64,000 nt of DNA from Bdellovibrionales bacterium (GCA_965203785.1 OZ241911.1:100013-164012); one strand, 5' to 3'. Shown: positions 1-9,823, counted from the stretch's first letter. The notes: generated by a model not told the origin, from the letters alone. A program made the numbers and translations.

Positions 1-725
1 AAGGACTTTTAAATCATAAAAAAGGGCAAACTTTTAAAACTATATTAAATCTTTTAGATTTAGCAGGCTATCAAGTTATAGCTAAAAAAATGGATAGCTC
101 TCACTATGGTTTGCCTCACAAAAGAGAAAGAATATATTTTATAGGAATTAAAAAAAATTTAATAAAAAATTTGAGTAATTTCTATAGTTACTTTCACCAA
201 AACCCTAAACAAAAGAAAATGAATAATATAAAACACTACCTAATTGATGAAAACAACATAGCATTTAAAAACAAGCAACAAAAAACTTATCAAACTTTTT
301 TAAAGTATCTAAAAAATAAATATAACAAAGGTAAAAATTCTGTAAAACATCTATTAAAAGAGGAGTTTTTAATAATTGATACTAGGCAATCAGATTTACG
401 ACTATACAGAGAGAAAATACCAACTTTAAGAACAAGCCGACATGGACTCTTATATGTGAAAGGAAATAAGTTTAGAAGGCTATCTGGATATGAAGCTTTG
501 CTTTTGCAAGGGTTTTCTACGCAATTAGCTTTAAAAGTAAAAAATAAAACGGTTGAAAATCAAATTCTTAGTCAAGCTGGGAATGCTATAAGTGTGAATG
601 TTGTAAAAGCTTGTGGAAAAAGCTTAATTGATTTTATAAAGAAATATATAAACCATGATATTTCTTTACCGCTGAAAATAGATCTAAATAAAAATTCTAA
701 TAAAATAGCTGATTTAACTTTTTAA
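1..725 (+). CDS. DNA (cytosine-5)-methyltransferase, C-terminal part (5' end lies outside the window)
   Basis: The reading frame is open from the window edge (codons from nt 3). It contains LDLAGYQVIAKKMDSSHYGLPHKRERIYFIG (motif VIII-like QxRxR), RRLSGYEALLLQGF and SQAGNAISVNVV (motif X GNAxxV). The N-terminal PCQ/ENV motifs would lie upstream of the window. Confidence 0.85.
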   Translation, partial: GLLNHKKGQTFKTILNLLDLAGYQVIAKKMDSSHYGLPHKRERIYFIGIKKNLIKNLSNFYSYFHQNPKQKKMNNIKHYLIDENNIAFKNKQQKTYQTFLKYLKNKYNKGKNSVKHLLKEEFLIIDTRQSDLRLYREKIPTLRTSRHGLLYVKGNKFRRLSGYEALLLQGFSTQLALKVKNKTVENQILSQAGNAISVNVVKACGKSLIDFIKKYINHDISLPLKIDLNKNSNKIADLTF

Positions 726-733
726 AAACCCTT

Positions 734-1501
734 ATGAAAAAAAGTAAATTAAAAGCAATGGGTTCATACACTGCAAAAGCTGGTTTTAAAAATGAAAATA
801 AAATAGTTACTAAATTCAATAATTGGAAAATAGATAAAGATGCCCAAAAATGGCTTATTATTATGGGATATATGATCAAAGAAATAAACACTGTAAAAGC
901 TATCAAATTAGCTAATAAATATAAAACAGATGTACAAGTTCAAATAACTATTTATATGCAAAAAGCTATTTCAACAGAAAATTTATCTATTAAGCTGGTG
1001 AGCAATCCTAATGGCTTTAATCAAATAGATAAAAGATGGATTAAAAAATATACTGAAATGTGGAATATCCCAAAAAATGTTGTGAAAATTTTAAAATTTT
1101 TTACAGGTGAAATACATCTTAAAAATAAAAAAAAATTAAAAGACAAAAAGAGAATTTTTTTAAATGAAACAAAAAAAGAGGAACAAAAAAAGGTTTTGGA
1201 TTTCTTCTCAAAAAATAAATTTTTAATTGTTTCTGATACACTTAAAGGACGAGGAAAATTTTCAGCTGACTGGATGTTGGTTATTTTAAGATCAAGAGAA
1301 AATAACAAATGGATTTTGAAATCTATAAATTATGTTATGAATTTTTTTGCAGAAGGTGAAATAAAAATCACTAGAAGAGGAAATTTGAAAATTGGGAGAA
1401 TTACTATGCAAAGAAAAGGTGGAGATGCAGGGAGAAAAACAGCAAAAATGCTTCAATTTAAAATAAACCCAGTTAAACTATTTGATAAAAAAAATGATTG
1501 A
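734..1501 (+). CDS. Small type II restriction endonuclease, HinP1I/MspI-like (assignment from memory)
   Basis: A 255-aa ORF starts 8 nt after the methyltransferase stop. GSYTAKAGFKNE, NWK..DAQKWL..MG, a TD-x18-SxK arrangement and the C-terminal GRITMQRKGGDAGRKTAKMLQFKI resemble what I recall of the monomeric HinP1I/MspI family. Position next to an m5C MTase supports an R-M pair. Confidence 0.55.
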   Translation: MKKSKLKAMGSYTAKAGFKNENKIVTKFNNWKIDKDAQKWLIIMGYMIKEINTVKAIKLANKYKTDVQVQITIYMQKAISTENLSIKLVSNPNGFNQIDKRWIKKYTEMWNIPKNVVKILKFFTGEIHLKNKKKLKDKKRIFLNETKKEEQKKVLDFFSKNKFLIVSDTLKGRGKFSADWMLVILRSRENNKWILKSINYVMNFFAEGEIKITRRGNLKIGRITMQRKGGDAGRKTAKMLQFKINPVKLFDKKND

Positions 1502-3290
1502 ACAATTATACTCAATTTTAAGTGAATTTAAAAAACCAGATTTTATGATAGAGCAAAAAATCTATGATAAAATTTGTAATTTTAATCGTAAACAATTTAA
1601 AGATAAAAAAATTCCTACAGATTCTAAGTATTTTTACGAAGAAACAGCTTTTGCATTTATGGAAACAAACACAGAATGCAACCTCCAAGGATGGGAAGAT
1701 TTGCATTATACACCAGAATTTTTTTACAAAAACAAAAATGGAAATCTTGTATCTAATCCAGATATTAAAAACATTACTTCTGAAATGGTTAATTATTGGG
1801 AAAAAAGAGCTTCTGAAGTAGATAATCCAATACTTCAATGTCGTTATGCAGGTCTTATATGGGATTTTTCTCAAAAAATTAGAAATTTAAAACCAAATAT
1901 ATCAAATGCTCATCGATTTATTGATTCAATCATTAAAATATCTGAACTTGGAGAAGACTCTTTATTTAAAAATAAATTAGAAAGAGGATTAAAATTAGCT
2001 GTTTCTATCAATGATCAACAAAGAATTACTTTGGTTCGCAATGTTATTATTAAATATGAAAATACTTATTCTGAAGATAATAAACCTGGAACATGGGGTT
2101 ATTCTTATGATTTATTGATTGCCAATAAAGATTTATATCATAAAGTTAAATTAGAGAAAAAACAAGAAGATCAAATTATAAAAGAACTTGAAAGAAAATT
2201 AAAAGTTTTTTCTTCTAAAAACTTAAACACCTCTAACCCTCATTCTGTGGAATATATAGTAACAAAGTTAGCTCCCTATTATAGGGATAAGAATGATACA
2301 AAAAATATGAAAAGAGTTTTACTCATATATAAAGATTCTTTTTTATATGGTATTGATAATCATTGTATAATGATGGGAAGTCATTGGTTAGAAAAAGTGA
2401 GAAAAATTTTATTTCAATATGGTTTATCTAAAGAAGCAAAAAAATTAGAAACTAAAATAAAAAAACTTCAAAAAGAAGATTTAAAAATGTTGAAAAAACA
2501 TGAATTATCTATTCGAATCCCTCCAGCAGGAATTGATAATTACATTCCTAACTTAGATAAAAAAACTCTTTCTGAAGCATTAAACTATATAGCATGGGAG
2601 TTTATTCCAAATAAAGAAGATGCTAAAGATACAGTTATTGAAATGAAAAACAAACATCCTTTATCATTTATGTTTTCTGAATATATTATGGATCATAAGG
2701 GGAGAAAAGTTACTCAAATTGAATCTGATGATTTAGAAGGACATGTAGTCCAACATATAGCTCAATCAATGAGTTTCTATTCAGCTTTAATTAAATTAGG
2801 ATTAAATCATCTGGAAAAAAATAAATCACTCAATGCAACCACTCTTTCAGAGCATCTGTTTAAATCACCAGTGTTTCCAAAAGAAAATCATCCCATTATA
2901 AAAGAAGGTTTGATTGCTTATTTTAATAAAAACTATATCGCAAGCTCTTCTATACTAATGCCTCAAATTGAATCAGCAATACGAGAATTAGTATCTATAG
3001 CTGGAGGAGAAATTTACCAATCTTCCAGTAACTCTAAAGAAAAAGGTTTTGAATTAAGACCGTTAGGAACTTTGCTAAGAGATGAGATTTTTATAAAAAC
3101 TTTTGAAAAATTAAACAATAACATACCATTTTTTTTTAGAATTGTTTTAATAGATAATCGAGGTTTAAATCTTAGAAATGATATTTGTCATGGTTATTTT
3201 CCTGCTAATTATTTTAACCAAAGAATTACAAATTATATTATTCAAATATTACTTATTTTATCTATTTTGAGGAAAAAAAACTCTTCTTAA
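1494..3290 (+). CDS. Large uncharacterised protein, possible DUF4209-type C-terminus; translationally coupled to the restriction gene
   Basis: Long ORF (the track starts it at TTG 1482). ATG 1494 overlaps the upstream stop (ATGATTGA, 1494-1501). The C-terminal GLNLRNDICHGYF recalls the NLR..H signature I associate with DUF4209. No ATPase or nuclease motif recognised. Confidence 0.6.
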   Translation: MIEQLYSILSEFKKPDFMIEQKIYDKICNFNRKQFKDKKIPTDSKYFYEETAFAFMETNTECNLQGWEDLHYTPEFFYKNKNGNLVSNPDIKNITSEMVNYWEKRASEVDNPILQCRYAGLIWDFSQKIRNLKPNISNAHRFIDSIIKISELGEDSLFKNKLERGLKLAVSINDQQRITLVRNVIIKYENTYSEDNKPGTWGYSYDLLIANKDLYHKVKLEKKQEDQIIKELERKLKVFSSKNLNTSNPHSVEYIVTKLAPYYRDKNDTKNMKRVLLIYKDSFLYGIDNHCIMMGSHWLEKVRKILFQYGLSKEAKKLETKIKKLQKEDLKMLKKHELSIRIPPAGIDNYIPNLDKKTLSEALNYIAWEFIPNKEDAKDTVIEMKNKHPLSFMFSEYIMDHKGRKVTQIESDDLEGHVVQHIAQSMSFYSALIKLGLNHLEKNKSLNATTLSEHLFKSPVFPKENHPIIKEGLIAYFNKNYIASSSILMPQIESAIRELVSIAGGEIYQSSSNSKEKGFELRPLGTLLRDEIFIKTFEKLNNNIPFFFRIVLIDNRGLNLRNDICHGYFPANYFNQRITNYIIQILLILSILRKKNSS

Positions 3291-3379
3291 TATACTGTGA
3301 TGCTGAAGTCGCTTTTTTATATTGAAATAACTGGTTTAATGAAGATCAATACAATTAGGAATGAATAAGTTAAAAAAAA

Positions 3380-3456
<77 letters not shown>

Positions 3457-3627
3457 AATAAAAACTCATAACCTTTACATACTACCACATTCATAGCTCT
3501 CAACCATAATATTCCTCTTACAGCAAATACTTTCACCTTCTTTCAACAATTTCACCTTCTTTTTCACAAGTATTCTGCAATCTTTATCTTGCCTTTAAGT
3601 CTAAATCAGTAGACATTCTATAGCATA

Positions 3628-4176
3628 ATGAGTAACAAAATATCCAAATTTCTTTGGTTAGATATGGAAATGACTGGATTGGACCCAGAAAGAGAAGCCA
3701 TTATTGAAATAGCTGGAATCATTGCCGATCCCCAACATAAAGAAATAGACTCCTACCACAAAATTATTAAGCAAGCCCCTCAATATTTAGAAAAAATGGA
3801 TAAATGGAATACTAAACAACATAAAAGATCAGGACTTTACGATTTAATCCATACAGGGATTACTCAATACCAAGCAGAAAAAGAACTGATTGCCCTCATC
3901 GATAAACATTTTGGAAAAGAAAAAGTTATTTTAGCTGGCAATTCGATTTACCAAGATCGATTGTTTATCAAAAAACATTTGCTGGAGTTAGAAACTCGAC
4001 TTCATTATCGAATGTTAGATGTATCCGCTTGGAAAATTATCTTCAATAACCAAGACATTACATTTAAAAAAGAAAACAAACACCGTGCCTTAGACGATAT
4101 TCGAGAAAGCATACGAGAAATAAAATTTTACTTAAATTATTTAGACCTACAAAAAATTAAACCCTCCACAACTTAA
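3628..4176 (+). CDS. orn: Oligoribonuclease
   Basis: LWLDMEMTGLDPEREAIIEIAGII, GNSIYQDRLFIKKH, HYRMLDVS and HRALDDIRESI are collinear with E. coli Orn (DEDDh exonuclease). Confidence 0.9.
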   Translation: MSNKISKFLWLDMEMTGLDPEREAIIEIAGIIADPQHKEIDSYHKIIKQAPQYLEKMDKWNTKQHKRSGLYDLIHTGITQYQAEKELIALIDKHFGKEKVILAGNSIYQDRLFIKKHLLELETRLHYRMLDVSAWKIIFNNQDITFKKENKHRALDDIRESIREIKFYLNYLDLQKIKPSTT

Positions 4177-4311
4177 AGCTTAAAACCCCTCTGATCTATC
4201 TACTCAATTGTTTGGAACAAAAAAAAGTTATTTTCTTTTTCCAATCACTAATCAATCACCAATCAACAATCGTTAAATATTAAATATTTTAGTATCTTTA
4301 CCTATTGGGGA

Positions 4312-5712
4312 TTGACCTTAAAATCAGTTTCTTTCAGAATGTGTTTTATGAAAACTCCAAACCCTACTTTTTCAAACCCAACTTTGCCTAAAGATCTTTC
4401 TTACCAAGTATGTCCTCAAGCTATGAAAGACCCAAATAAAATGGCAGAGCTTGCCCGTTGGGGAAGAGAAGAAATCCGCCTTGCCGAACGAGAGATGCCA
4501 GGTCTTATGGCGATTAGAAAAGAATATGCTCCCACACAACCATTAAAAAATGCACGCATTACGGGTTGCCTCCATGTCACCATTCAAACTGCCGTTTTAG
4601 TAGAAACTTTGATTGCTTTGGGTGCAAAAGTGAGGTGGAGTTCTTGCAATATTTATTCTACGCAAGACCATGCGGCTTGTGCTTTAGCTCAAAAAGGTAT
4701 ACCCGTATTTGCTTGGAAAGGAGAGACAGAAAAAGAGTATTGGCAGTGTATTGAACAATCTGTAAAAGGGTGGGGCAAAGATGGTTTTGATTTAATTTTA
4801 GACGATGGAGGAGACTTAACAAATTTTATGCATCAACTGAAGCAGTCTCACTTATTAAAACAAATTGTTGGCGTATCTGAAGAAACCACAACAGGAGTTA
4901 GAAACTTAGAGCGACTTCATAAAAAAAATCTTTTAAAAATACCCGCTTTTAATGTCAACGACTCGGTTACAAAATCTAAGTTCGACAATTTATACGGTTG
5001 CCGAGAATCGCTTGCCGACGGTGTTAAAAGAGCAACTGATATTATGTTGGCTGGGAAAAAAGCTTTAGTAGCAGGCTTTGGAGATGTCGGAAAAGGCTCC
5101 GCACAAAGCCTTCGCCATTATGGCACGCAAGTATTTATTTCAGAAGTAGACCCCATTTGTGCACTCCAAGCCAGTATGGAAGGCTATCCGGTGGTTAGAA
5201 TAGCAGATGTAGCCGATCAAGTGGATTTATTTGTAACGGCTACCGGTTGTCGAGATGTGATCACAAAAAAACATTTTTTAAAAATGAAATCGGGAGCAAT
5301 CGTCTGCAACATTGGTCACTTTGATTTGGAAATAGATATGAAATGGCTCAATACCCATACCAAAAAAACTGTCGTTAAACCTCAAGTAGATTTACATAAA
5401 TTTTCTGACGGGCGAGAAATTATTGTACTGGCAGAAGGTCGACTGGTAAACTTAGGCTGTGCAACAGGACATCCTTCTTTTGTAATGAGTAACTCTTTTT
5501 CTAACCAAGTGCTGGCACAAATTGATTTGTGGCAAAACAAAGGACAATTAAAACCAGGTGTTTACACATTACCTAAAAAATTAGACGAAAAAGTCGCCCA
5601 TCTTCATCTGCCATCTTTAGATGCAAAACTTACTAAACTTACTCCAACGCAAGCTGAATACTTAGGCATTAGTTCAGAAGGTCCTTTTAAACCCGATAGC
5701 TATAGATATTAG
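4312..5712 (+). CDS. ahcY: Adenosylhomocysteinase
   Basis: [53 protein letters not shown], the NAD-binding GFGDVGKG and [15 protein letters not shown] are present. The start is uncertain: TTG 4312 in the track, ATG 4339 or 4348 more likely. Confidence 0.93.
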   Translation: MTLKSVSFRMCFMKTPNPTFSNPTLPKDLSYQVCPQAMKDPNKMAELARWGREEIRLAEREMPGLMAIRKEYAPTQPLKNARITGCLHVTIQTAVLVETLIALGAKVRWSSCNIYSTQDHAACALAQKGIPVFAWKGETEKEYWQCIEQSVKGWGKDGFDLILDDGGDLTNFMHQLKQSHLLKQIVGVSEETTTGVRNLERLHKKNLLKIPAFNVNDSVTKSKFDNLYGCRESLADGVKRATDIMLAGKKALVAGFGDVGKGSAQSLRHYGTQVFISEVDPICALQASMEGYPVVRIADVADQVDLFVTATGCRDVITKKHFLKMKSGAIVCNIGHFDLEIDMKWLNTHTKKTVVKPQVDLHKFSDGREIIVLAEGRLVNLGCATGHPSFVMSNSFSNQVLAQIDLWQNKGQLKPGVYTLPKKLDEKVAHLHLPSLDAKLTKLTPTQAEYLGISSEGPFKPDSYRY

Positions 5713-5773
5713 CGATTAGTTGTCGAATTTTTACATTTATAATGATCAGCCAGCTTTTACACTTTCGTAACCT

Positions 5774-6556
5774 CTAGTAACCCACTTCAAAATCTTCTTC
5801 GGGTTGAGTGAGAATTTCGCAATCTTTACCTCCTTTGGTAATCAATACAGTGTGTTCAAATTGAGCAGACAAAGATTGATCGGAGGTCTCATACACTTTA
5901 ATTTCTGAATGAGGGATGGGTGATTCTTTTAAAGAAGCGGAGGTTTCGTTGACCATTGGTTCTACAGTAATGCATTGATGAGCTTTTAAAACCACACCTT
6001 TGTGTTTTTTACCTACAGAGGGGACGAATGGTTCGTCATGAAATGTTTTGCCAATGCCATGACCTCCTATCTCTCGCACAGGATAAAACCCCTGCCTCGT
6101 AACATATTTGTTAATGGCAAAACCAATATCCCCAGTGGTCTGACCCGCTTTAGCCTGCTCAATACCCTTTAACATCGCCTGATAAGCACAACGAGTGATT
6201 TTTTTTGCTCGCTCGGATACCTCCCCCACATAAAAAGTGCGAGAAGTATCCCCATGAAATCCATCTTTTATGCAAGTAATGTCAATATTGACAATATCCC
6301 CTTTTTTTAAAACATAAGAGCTTGGCACTCCATGACAAATTAAATGATTAACCGAAGTGCAAATAGACTTAGGATACCCCTTATAACCCAAAGGAGCAGG
6401 CTTGGCTCCTAAAGATAAAGTTAAATCATAAGCCATCTGATCTAACTTTTCAGTCGAAATCCCAGGTTGAACTTTTTTCCCCACTTGAGCCAATACTCGA
6501 GCAGCTAAATGACCCACTCGACGCATGAGTACTATTTCTTCTTCTAACAAAACCAT
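5774..6556 (-). CDS. map: Type I methionine aminopeptidase
   Basis: ICHGVP, DIVNIDIT...DGFHGDTSRTF, GHGIGKTFHDEP, ITVEPM and FEHTVLIT are the metal-ligand motifs of MetAP-I. Confidence 0.92.
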   Translation of the reverse strand: MVLLEEEIVLMRRVGHLAARVLAQVGKKVQPGISTEKLDQMAYDLTLSLGAKPAPLGYKGYPKSICTSVNHLICHGVPSSYVLKKGDIVNIDITCIKDGFHGDTSRTFYVGEVSERAKKITRCAYQAMLKGIEQAKAGQTTGDIGFAINKYVTRQGFYPVREIGGHGIGKTFHDEPFVPSVGKKHKGVVLKAHQCITVEPMVNETSASLKESPIPHSEIKVYETSDQSLSAQFEHTVLITKGGKDCEILTQPEEDFEVGY

Positions 6557-6558
6557 TT

Positions 6559-6680
6559 GAATGACTACCCCGTAATAACTACCCCGTATTGATTGCCTTG
6601 CGATTTACCACCCTGAATGACCACCCTAAATAACTACCCCGCCCCGATGGACTGCCCTAGCCCTAAATAACTGCTCGAGC
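6559..6680. repeat. Degenerate ~14-bp tandem repeat array (about 8-9 units, consensus near AATAACTACCCCG)
   Basis: Read directly: gaatgactaccccg / taataactaccccg / tattgattgccttg / cgatttaccaccct / gaatgaccaccct / aaataactaccccg / ..gatggactgcccta.. / aaataactgctcg, lying between the map start and the terminator at 6693-6725. Confidence 0.6.
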
Positions 6681-6692
6681 TTACTATGCATT

Positions 6693-6725
6693 AAAAAAGA
6701 GCCTGCTTAAAAAACAGGCTCTTTA
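6693..6725 (-). terminator. Rho-independent terminator downstream of the SWIB-domain gene
   Basis: The stem is gagcctg (6699-6705) / caggctc (6715-6721) with a 9-nt loop. On the minus strand it is followed by a T-run (plus-strand aaaaaa, 6693-6698). Confidence 0.7.
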
Positions 6726-6752
6726 TCTTAAGATCTAAACAAAAAGTCAAAT

Positions 6753-7178
6753 CTAAGTTAAGTTTTTGCTGATCACTTTAGTTGCCTCAAACATACTTAC
6801 TTGACGCTTATTTTTGCCAAACAAGCCTTTGAGCTTAGCATCCAAGTTGATTTGACGACGATCTTGACTATCTTGCAAACGGTGTTTTTTTACATGAACC
6901 CAAAAATACTTAATCGCTTTCTGCCTTGTGATTCTCTTAGACCCCACAATATCTGCCAAAGCAGGTGAAGCGGTCAGAGTCTTCATAAGAGCTGGATTTA
7001 ATTTTCTTTTCTTTTTGGATTTCCTCTTAACCTTTCTTGTCACTTTTTTCTTTGCTTTCTTTTTTACAACTTTTCTTTTTGCTTTTTTCTTCACAACTTT
7101 TCTCCTCACTTTCTTTTTAGCTTTTCGTTTAACAACTTTTTTTCTACCTACTTTTTTTGCTTTTCTCTTTTTTGCCAT
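6753..7178 (-). CDS. SWIB/MDM2-domain protein with an N-terminal Lys/Ala/Val-rich histone-H1-like tail
   Basis: The N-terminal ~60 aa are KKAKRKVVKKKAKKKV-type repeats. The C-terminal LTASPALADIVGSKRITRQKAIKYFWVHVKKHRLQDSQDRRQINLDAKLKGLFG matches the SWIB domain pattern. A GGAGGTG Shine-Dalgarno lies upstream of the ATG. Confidence 0.8.
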   Translation of the reverse strand: MAKKRKAKKVGRKKVVKRKAKKKVRRKVVKKKAKRKVVKKKAKKKVTRKVKRKSKKKRKLNPALMKTLTASPALADIVGSKRITRQKAIKYFWVHVKKHRLQDSQDRRQINLDAKLKGLFGKNKRQVSMFEATKVISKNLT

Positions 7179-7302
7179 AACTAGACACCTCCATATTGTC
7201 GCTGTTGTTTTATATCAACAGTTTTTTTTACGCCTACCATAGAAGATAATTCAAAATAGGCAATTGATCAAAATAAAAAATGACAACCTATATAAAAAAT
7301 TA

Positions 7303-7716
7303 TTAATTGGAACGATTTTTCAGATTCTTCCTATGACAAGGGGGAGAAGAAGCAATGGCAGACGAAGAATAATGCAATCTCTCCTCTGGCTTTAGTGGTG
7401 GCTCTGACAGCTCTGATATAAGAGGAGCAGAAGAAACAGATTGCCACTCTTTGGGTGTAAAAGTCTGTTGGCAGAGAGCATGCACCCCGTTTTTTAACTC
7501 TTCACTTAAAATCTGATACACCTTTCGATGGCGATTAACGGTGCTTAAACCTTCAAAATCCTTTGAAACAATTAAAAGACGAAAATGAGTCTGAGCCCTC
7601 GCCCCTGGTCTTCCTTCTGGAGACATTTGATGAGCAGAGCTTTCGTTAATGACTTCCAAAAGTTCCACCTCAAGGGAAGCCCTAATTTTTTGATCCATAA
7701 TATCTGCGGTTTGCAT
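7303..7716 (-). CDS. BolA-family protein with a ~45-aa C-terminal extension
   Basis: SAHQMS..., THFRLLIVSKDFEGLSTVNRHRKVYQIL and GVHALCQQTFTPKEW follow the BolA pattern. Confidence 0.75.
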   Translation of the reverse strand: MQTADIMDQKIRASLEVELLEVINESSAHQMSPEGRPGARAQTHFRLLIVSKDFEGLSTVNRHRKVYQILSEELKNGVHALCQQTFTPKEWQSVSSAPLISELSEPPLKPEERLHYSSSAIASSPPCHRKNLKNRSN

Positions 7717-7735
7717 AAACTTCCCTTTTTTTTAC

Positions 7736-9142
7736 CTATTTTGAGTTAGTCATATTTTTTGGTTGAACCCATTTATCAAATTCTTCTTCTGTTAAAAATT
7801 CCAATCGTAAAGCTTCTTTCTTAAGAGTTGTCCCATTTTGATAAGCAGATTTAGCAATCTGTGCCGCTTTGTCATAACCAATATGAGGGTTTAAAGCCGT
7901 CACCATCATTAAAGAGCGATCCAAATTGATTTTTAGTTGTTTAAAATTAACTTTCAAACTTTTAACACAGTGCTTATTAAAACTTTTCACACTATCTGTT
8001 AGGAGCCGAATGGAGCGTAAAATATTAAAAATTATCAAAGGTTTATAAGTATTGAGTTCTAAGTGTCCACTAGACCCTCCAAAAGTAACTGCCAAATTGT
8101 TGGCTATAACTTCTGCACAGACCATTGTGAGGGCTTCGTTTTGTGTGGGGTTAGTTTTCCCCGGCATAATGGAGCTTCCGGGTTCGTTAGCTGGAATAAT
8201 CAGCTCGTTCAAACCAGCTCGTGGACCACTCGCCATTAAGCGAATGTCGTTGGCAATTTTTGTTAAACTCACTGCAAATATTTTGAACACACCACTTAAT
8301 TCTACTAAGTCATCGTGGGCAGAAGTTGTGGAAAATAACTGCTCTGCTGGTCGAAAGGGGTAACCACTTTCTTTGGCAATCCAAGAAATCGTAAGTTTTG
8401 CAAAATTTGGATGAGCATTCAAACCCGTTCCTACAGCTGTCCCTCCTAAAGGTAGAGAGTATAGACGCGATAAACAATTTTTAAGCCTCTCACAATTAGA
8501 GATGAGTTGAGCACGATAGCCAGAAAATTCTTGCCCTAAAGTTAATGGCACAGCATCCATTAAATGGGTTCGCCCCACTTTCACCACATCTGAAAACTCT
8601 GAAATCTTTTGATCTAAGCTGGTTATAAACTGCCGAATAGCTGGTAAAAAAGAAGATTGAACAATCCCCACTGCACTTATATGCATAGCTGTTGGAAACA
8701 CATCGTTAGAAGATTGACATTTGTTGACATCGTCGTTGGGGTGAACACTTTTATCCCCTAGCTGATTATTTAAAATTTGAATGGATCGGTTAGCTATTAC
8801 TTCGTTAACATTCATATTACTGGCTGTTCCACTTCCCGTTTGCCAAACTGGCAAGGGAAAATGATCATCCCACTTCCCTCGGCAAATCTCATCTGCACTT
8901 TGACTAATGGCTTTGGATTTTTTAGAACTTAAAAGTCCTAATTGTTCGTTTGCTTTGGCTGAACACTTTTTTACTAAAGCCAGAGCGTAAATCACTTGTA
9001 AAGGCATGCGTTCTAAAGAGTCCCCAATTGGGAAATTTTTTAACGCACGAGCAGTTACCGCCCCCCATAAACGATCAGTTGGAATATCTACAGTCCCTAA
9101 ACTGTCTTGTTCTTTTCGAACATTTTCTTTTCGAATATCCAT
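7736..9142 (-). CDS. fumC: Class II fumarate hydratase
   Basis: Collinear with E. coli FumC: DSLGTVDIPTDRLWGA, WQTGSGTASNMNVNEV, HPNDDVNKCQSSNDVFPTAMH and the signature GSSIMPGKTNPTQNEAL. The start is set at MDIRKE (ATG 9142) rather than the track start 9178. Confidence 0.92.
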   Translation of the reverse strand: MDIRKENVRKEQDSLGTVDIPTDRLWGAVTARALKNFPIGDSLERMPLQVIYALALVKKCSAKANEQLGLLSSKKSKAISQSADEICRGKWDDHFPLPVWQTGSGTASNMNVNEVIANRSIQILNNQLGDKSVHPNDDVNKCQSSNDVFPTAMHISAVGIVQSSFLPAIRQFITSLDQKISEFSDVVKVGRTHLMDAVPLTLGQEFSGYRAQLISNCERLKNCLSRLYSLPLGGTAVGTGLNAHPNFAKLTISWIAKESGYPFRPAEQLFSTTSAHDDLVELSGVFKIFAVSLTKIANDIRLMASGPRAGLNELIIPANEPGSSIMPGKTNPTQNEALTMVCAEVIANNLAVTFGGSSGHLELNTYKPLIIFNILRSIRLLTDSVKSFNKHCVKSLKVNFKQLKINLDRSLMMVTALNPHIGYDKAAQIAKSAYQNGTTLKKEALRLEFLTEEEFDKWVQPKNMTNSK

Positions 9143-9277
9143 TTTTGATGATCTAACAGCAAGGATCAAAAAACTCAAGAGACAATACTTGACTTAACTG
9201 GTAAATCGCTTAAATATTTTTGTTCAATGACTTTCCAAAACTCTAAACAGAAATTAAATCTAAAAAGAATTTAAAAA

Positions 9278-9817
9278 ATGCCAGATAAAAAAAAAGTTTT
9301 AAAATCGATTACACCAACTCAAAATACAAAACAATATTGGTTGATGAAATCAGAACCCCGAGTGTATTCCATTCAACATTTAAGAAAATCAGGTAAAGAC
9401 TTATGGGATGGGGTCAGAAATCATCAAGCTAAAAATTTTATGAAACACAATATGCAAATAGGAGATGAAGTCTTATTTTACCACTCCAACGCCCAGCCAT
9501 CTGGTATTGTAGGTTTAGCTCGTGTTTCTAAAACCGCTCGACCAGATCCCACCGCCTTTGACTCTCGTTCTCCCTATTATGATCCCTCAAGCCATCGCAA
9601 TAACCCTCGGTGGTTTTGCGTAGAAGTGACATTCAAAGCGTGTTTTAAACGGATTTTATCTTTGGCAGAACTTAAAGCCCAAAAAAAATTATCCCGCATG
9701 CTCGTTTTAAAAAAAGGTCAAAGGCTTTCGGTCATGCCGGTTACAAAAAAAGAATACGAACACATATTGGTTTTATCTCAACTACCAAAACGATCTAAAC
9801 TATCAAAAAAGGACTAA
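9278..9817 (+). CDS. EVE (PUA-like) domain protein
   Basis: YWLMKSEPRVYSI..L...GKDLWDGVRNHQAKNFM..MQIGDEVLFYHSN....GIVGLARV is the typical EVE/DUF55 pattern. Confidence 0.8.
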   Translation: MPDKKKVLKSITPTQNTKQYWLMKSEPRVYSIQHLRKSGKDLWDGVRNHQAKNFMKHNMQIGDEVLFYHSNAQPSGIVGLARVSKTARPDPTAFDSRSPYYDPSSHRNNPRWFCVEVTFKACFKRILSLAELKAQKKLSRMLVLKKGQRLSVMPVTKKEYEHILVLSQLPKRSKLSKKD

Positions 9818-9823
9818 CTCCCA

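Noticed and set aside
697-1874. Several 60-120-aa ORFs on either strand inside the R-M cassette (697-906, 1021-1308, 1518-1874, 1564-1821).
   Set aside because: They are nested within longer motif-bearing ORFs in very AT-rich DNA and have an Ile/Phe/Lys-biased composition typical of spurious frames.
4177-4347. A possible SAH riboswitch upstream of ahcY, and a glycine riboswitch upstream of the folD-gcvT operon (30237-30300).
   Set aside because: I could not find the conserved GC-rich pseudoknot core of the SAH element or the tandem glycine aptamer motifs. The ahcY leader contains only short CAATCA-type repeats.
7202-7229. The hairpin ctgttg/caacag followed by T8 on the plus strand, between bolA and the SWIB gene.
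   Set aside because: The T-run is on the plus strand, where no gene ends. On the minus strand (bolA downstream) no U-run follows the hairpin, and the stem is only 6 bp and AT-rich.
6928-7242. A 104-aa plus-strand ORF rich in Phe/Leu/Thr.
   Set aside because: It is the antisense reading of the AAG/AAA-rich lysine tail of the SWIB gene. It is low-complexity, with no Shine-Dalgarno.
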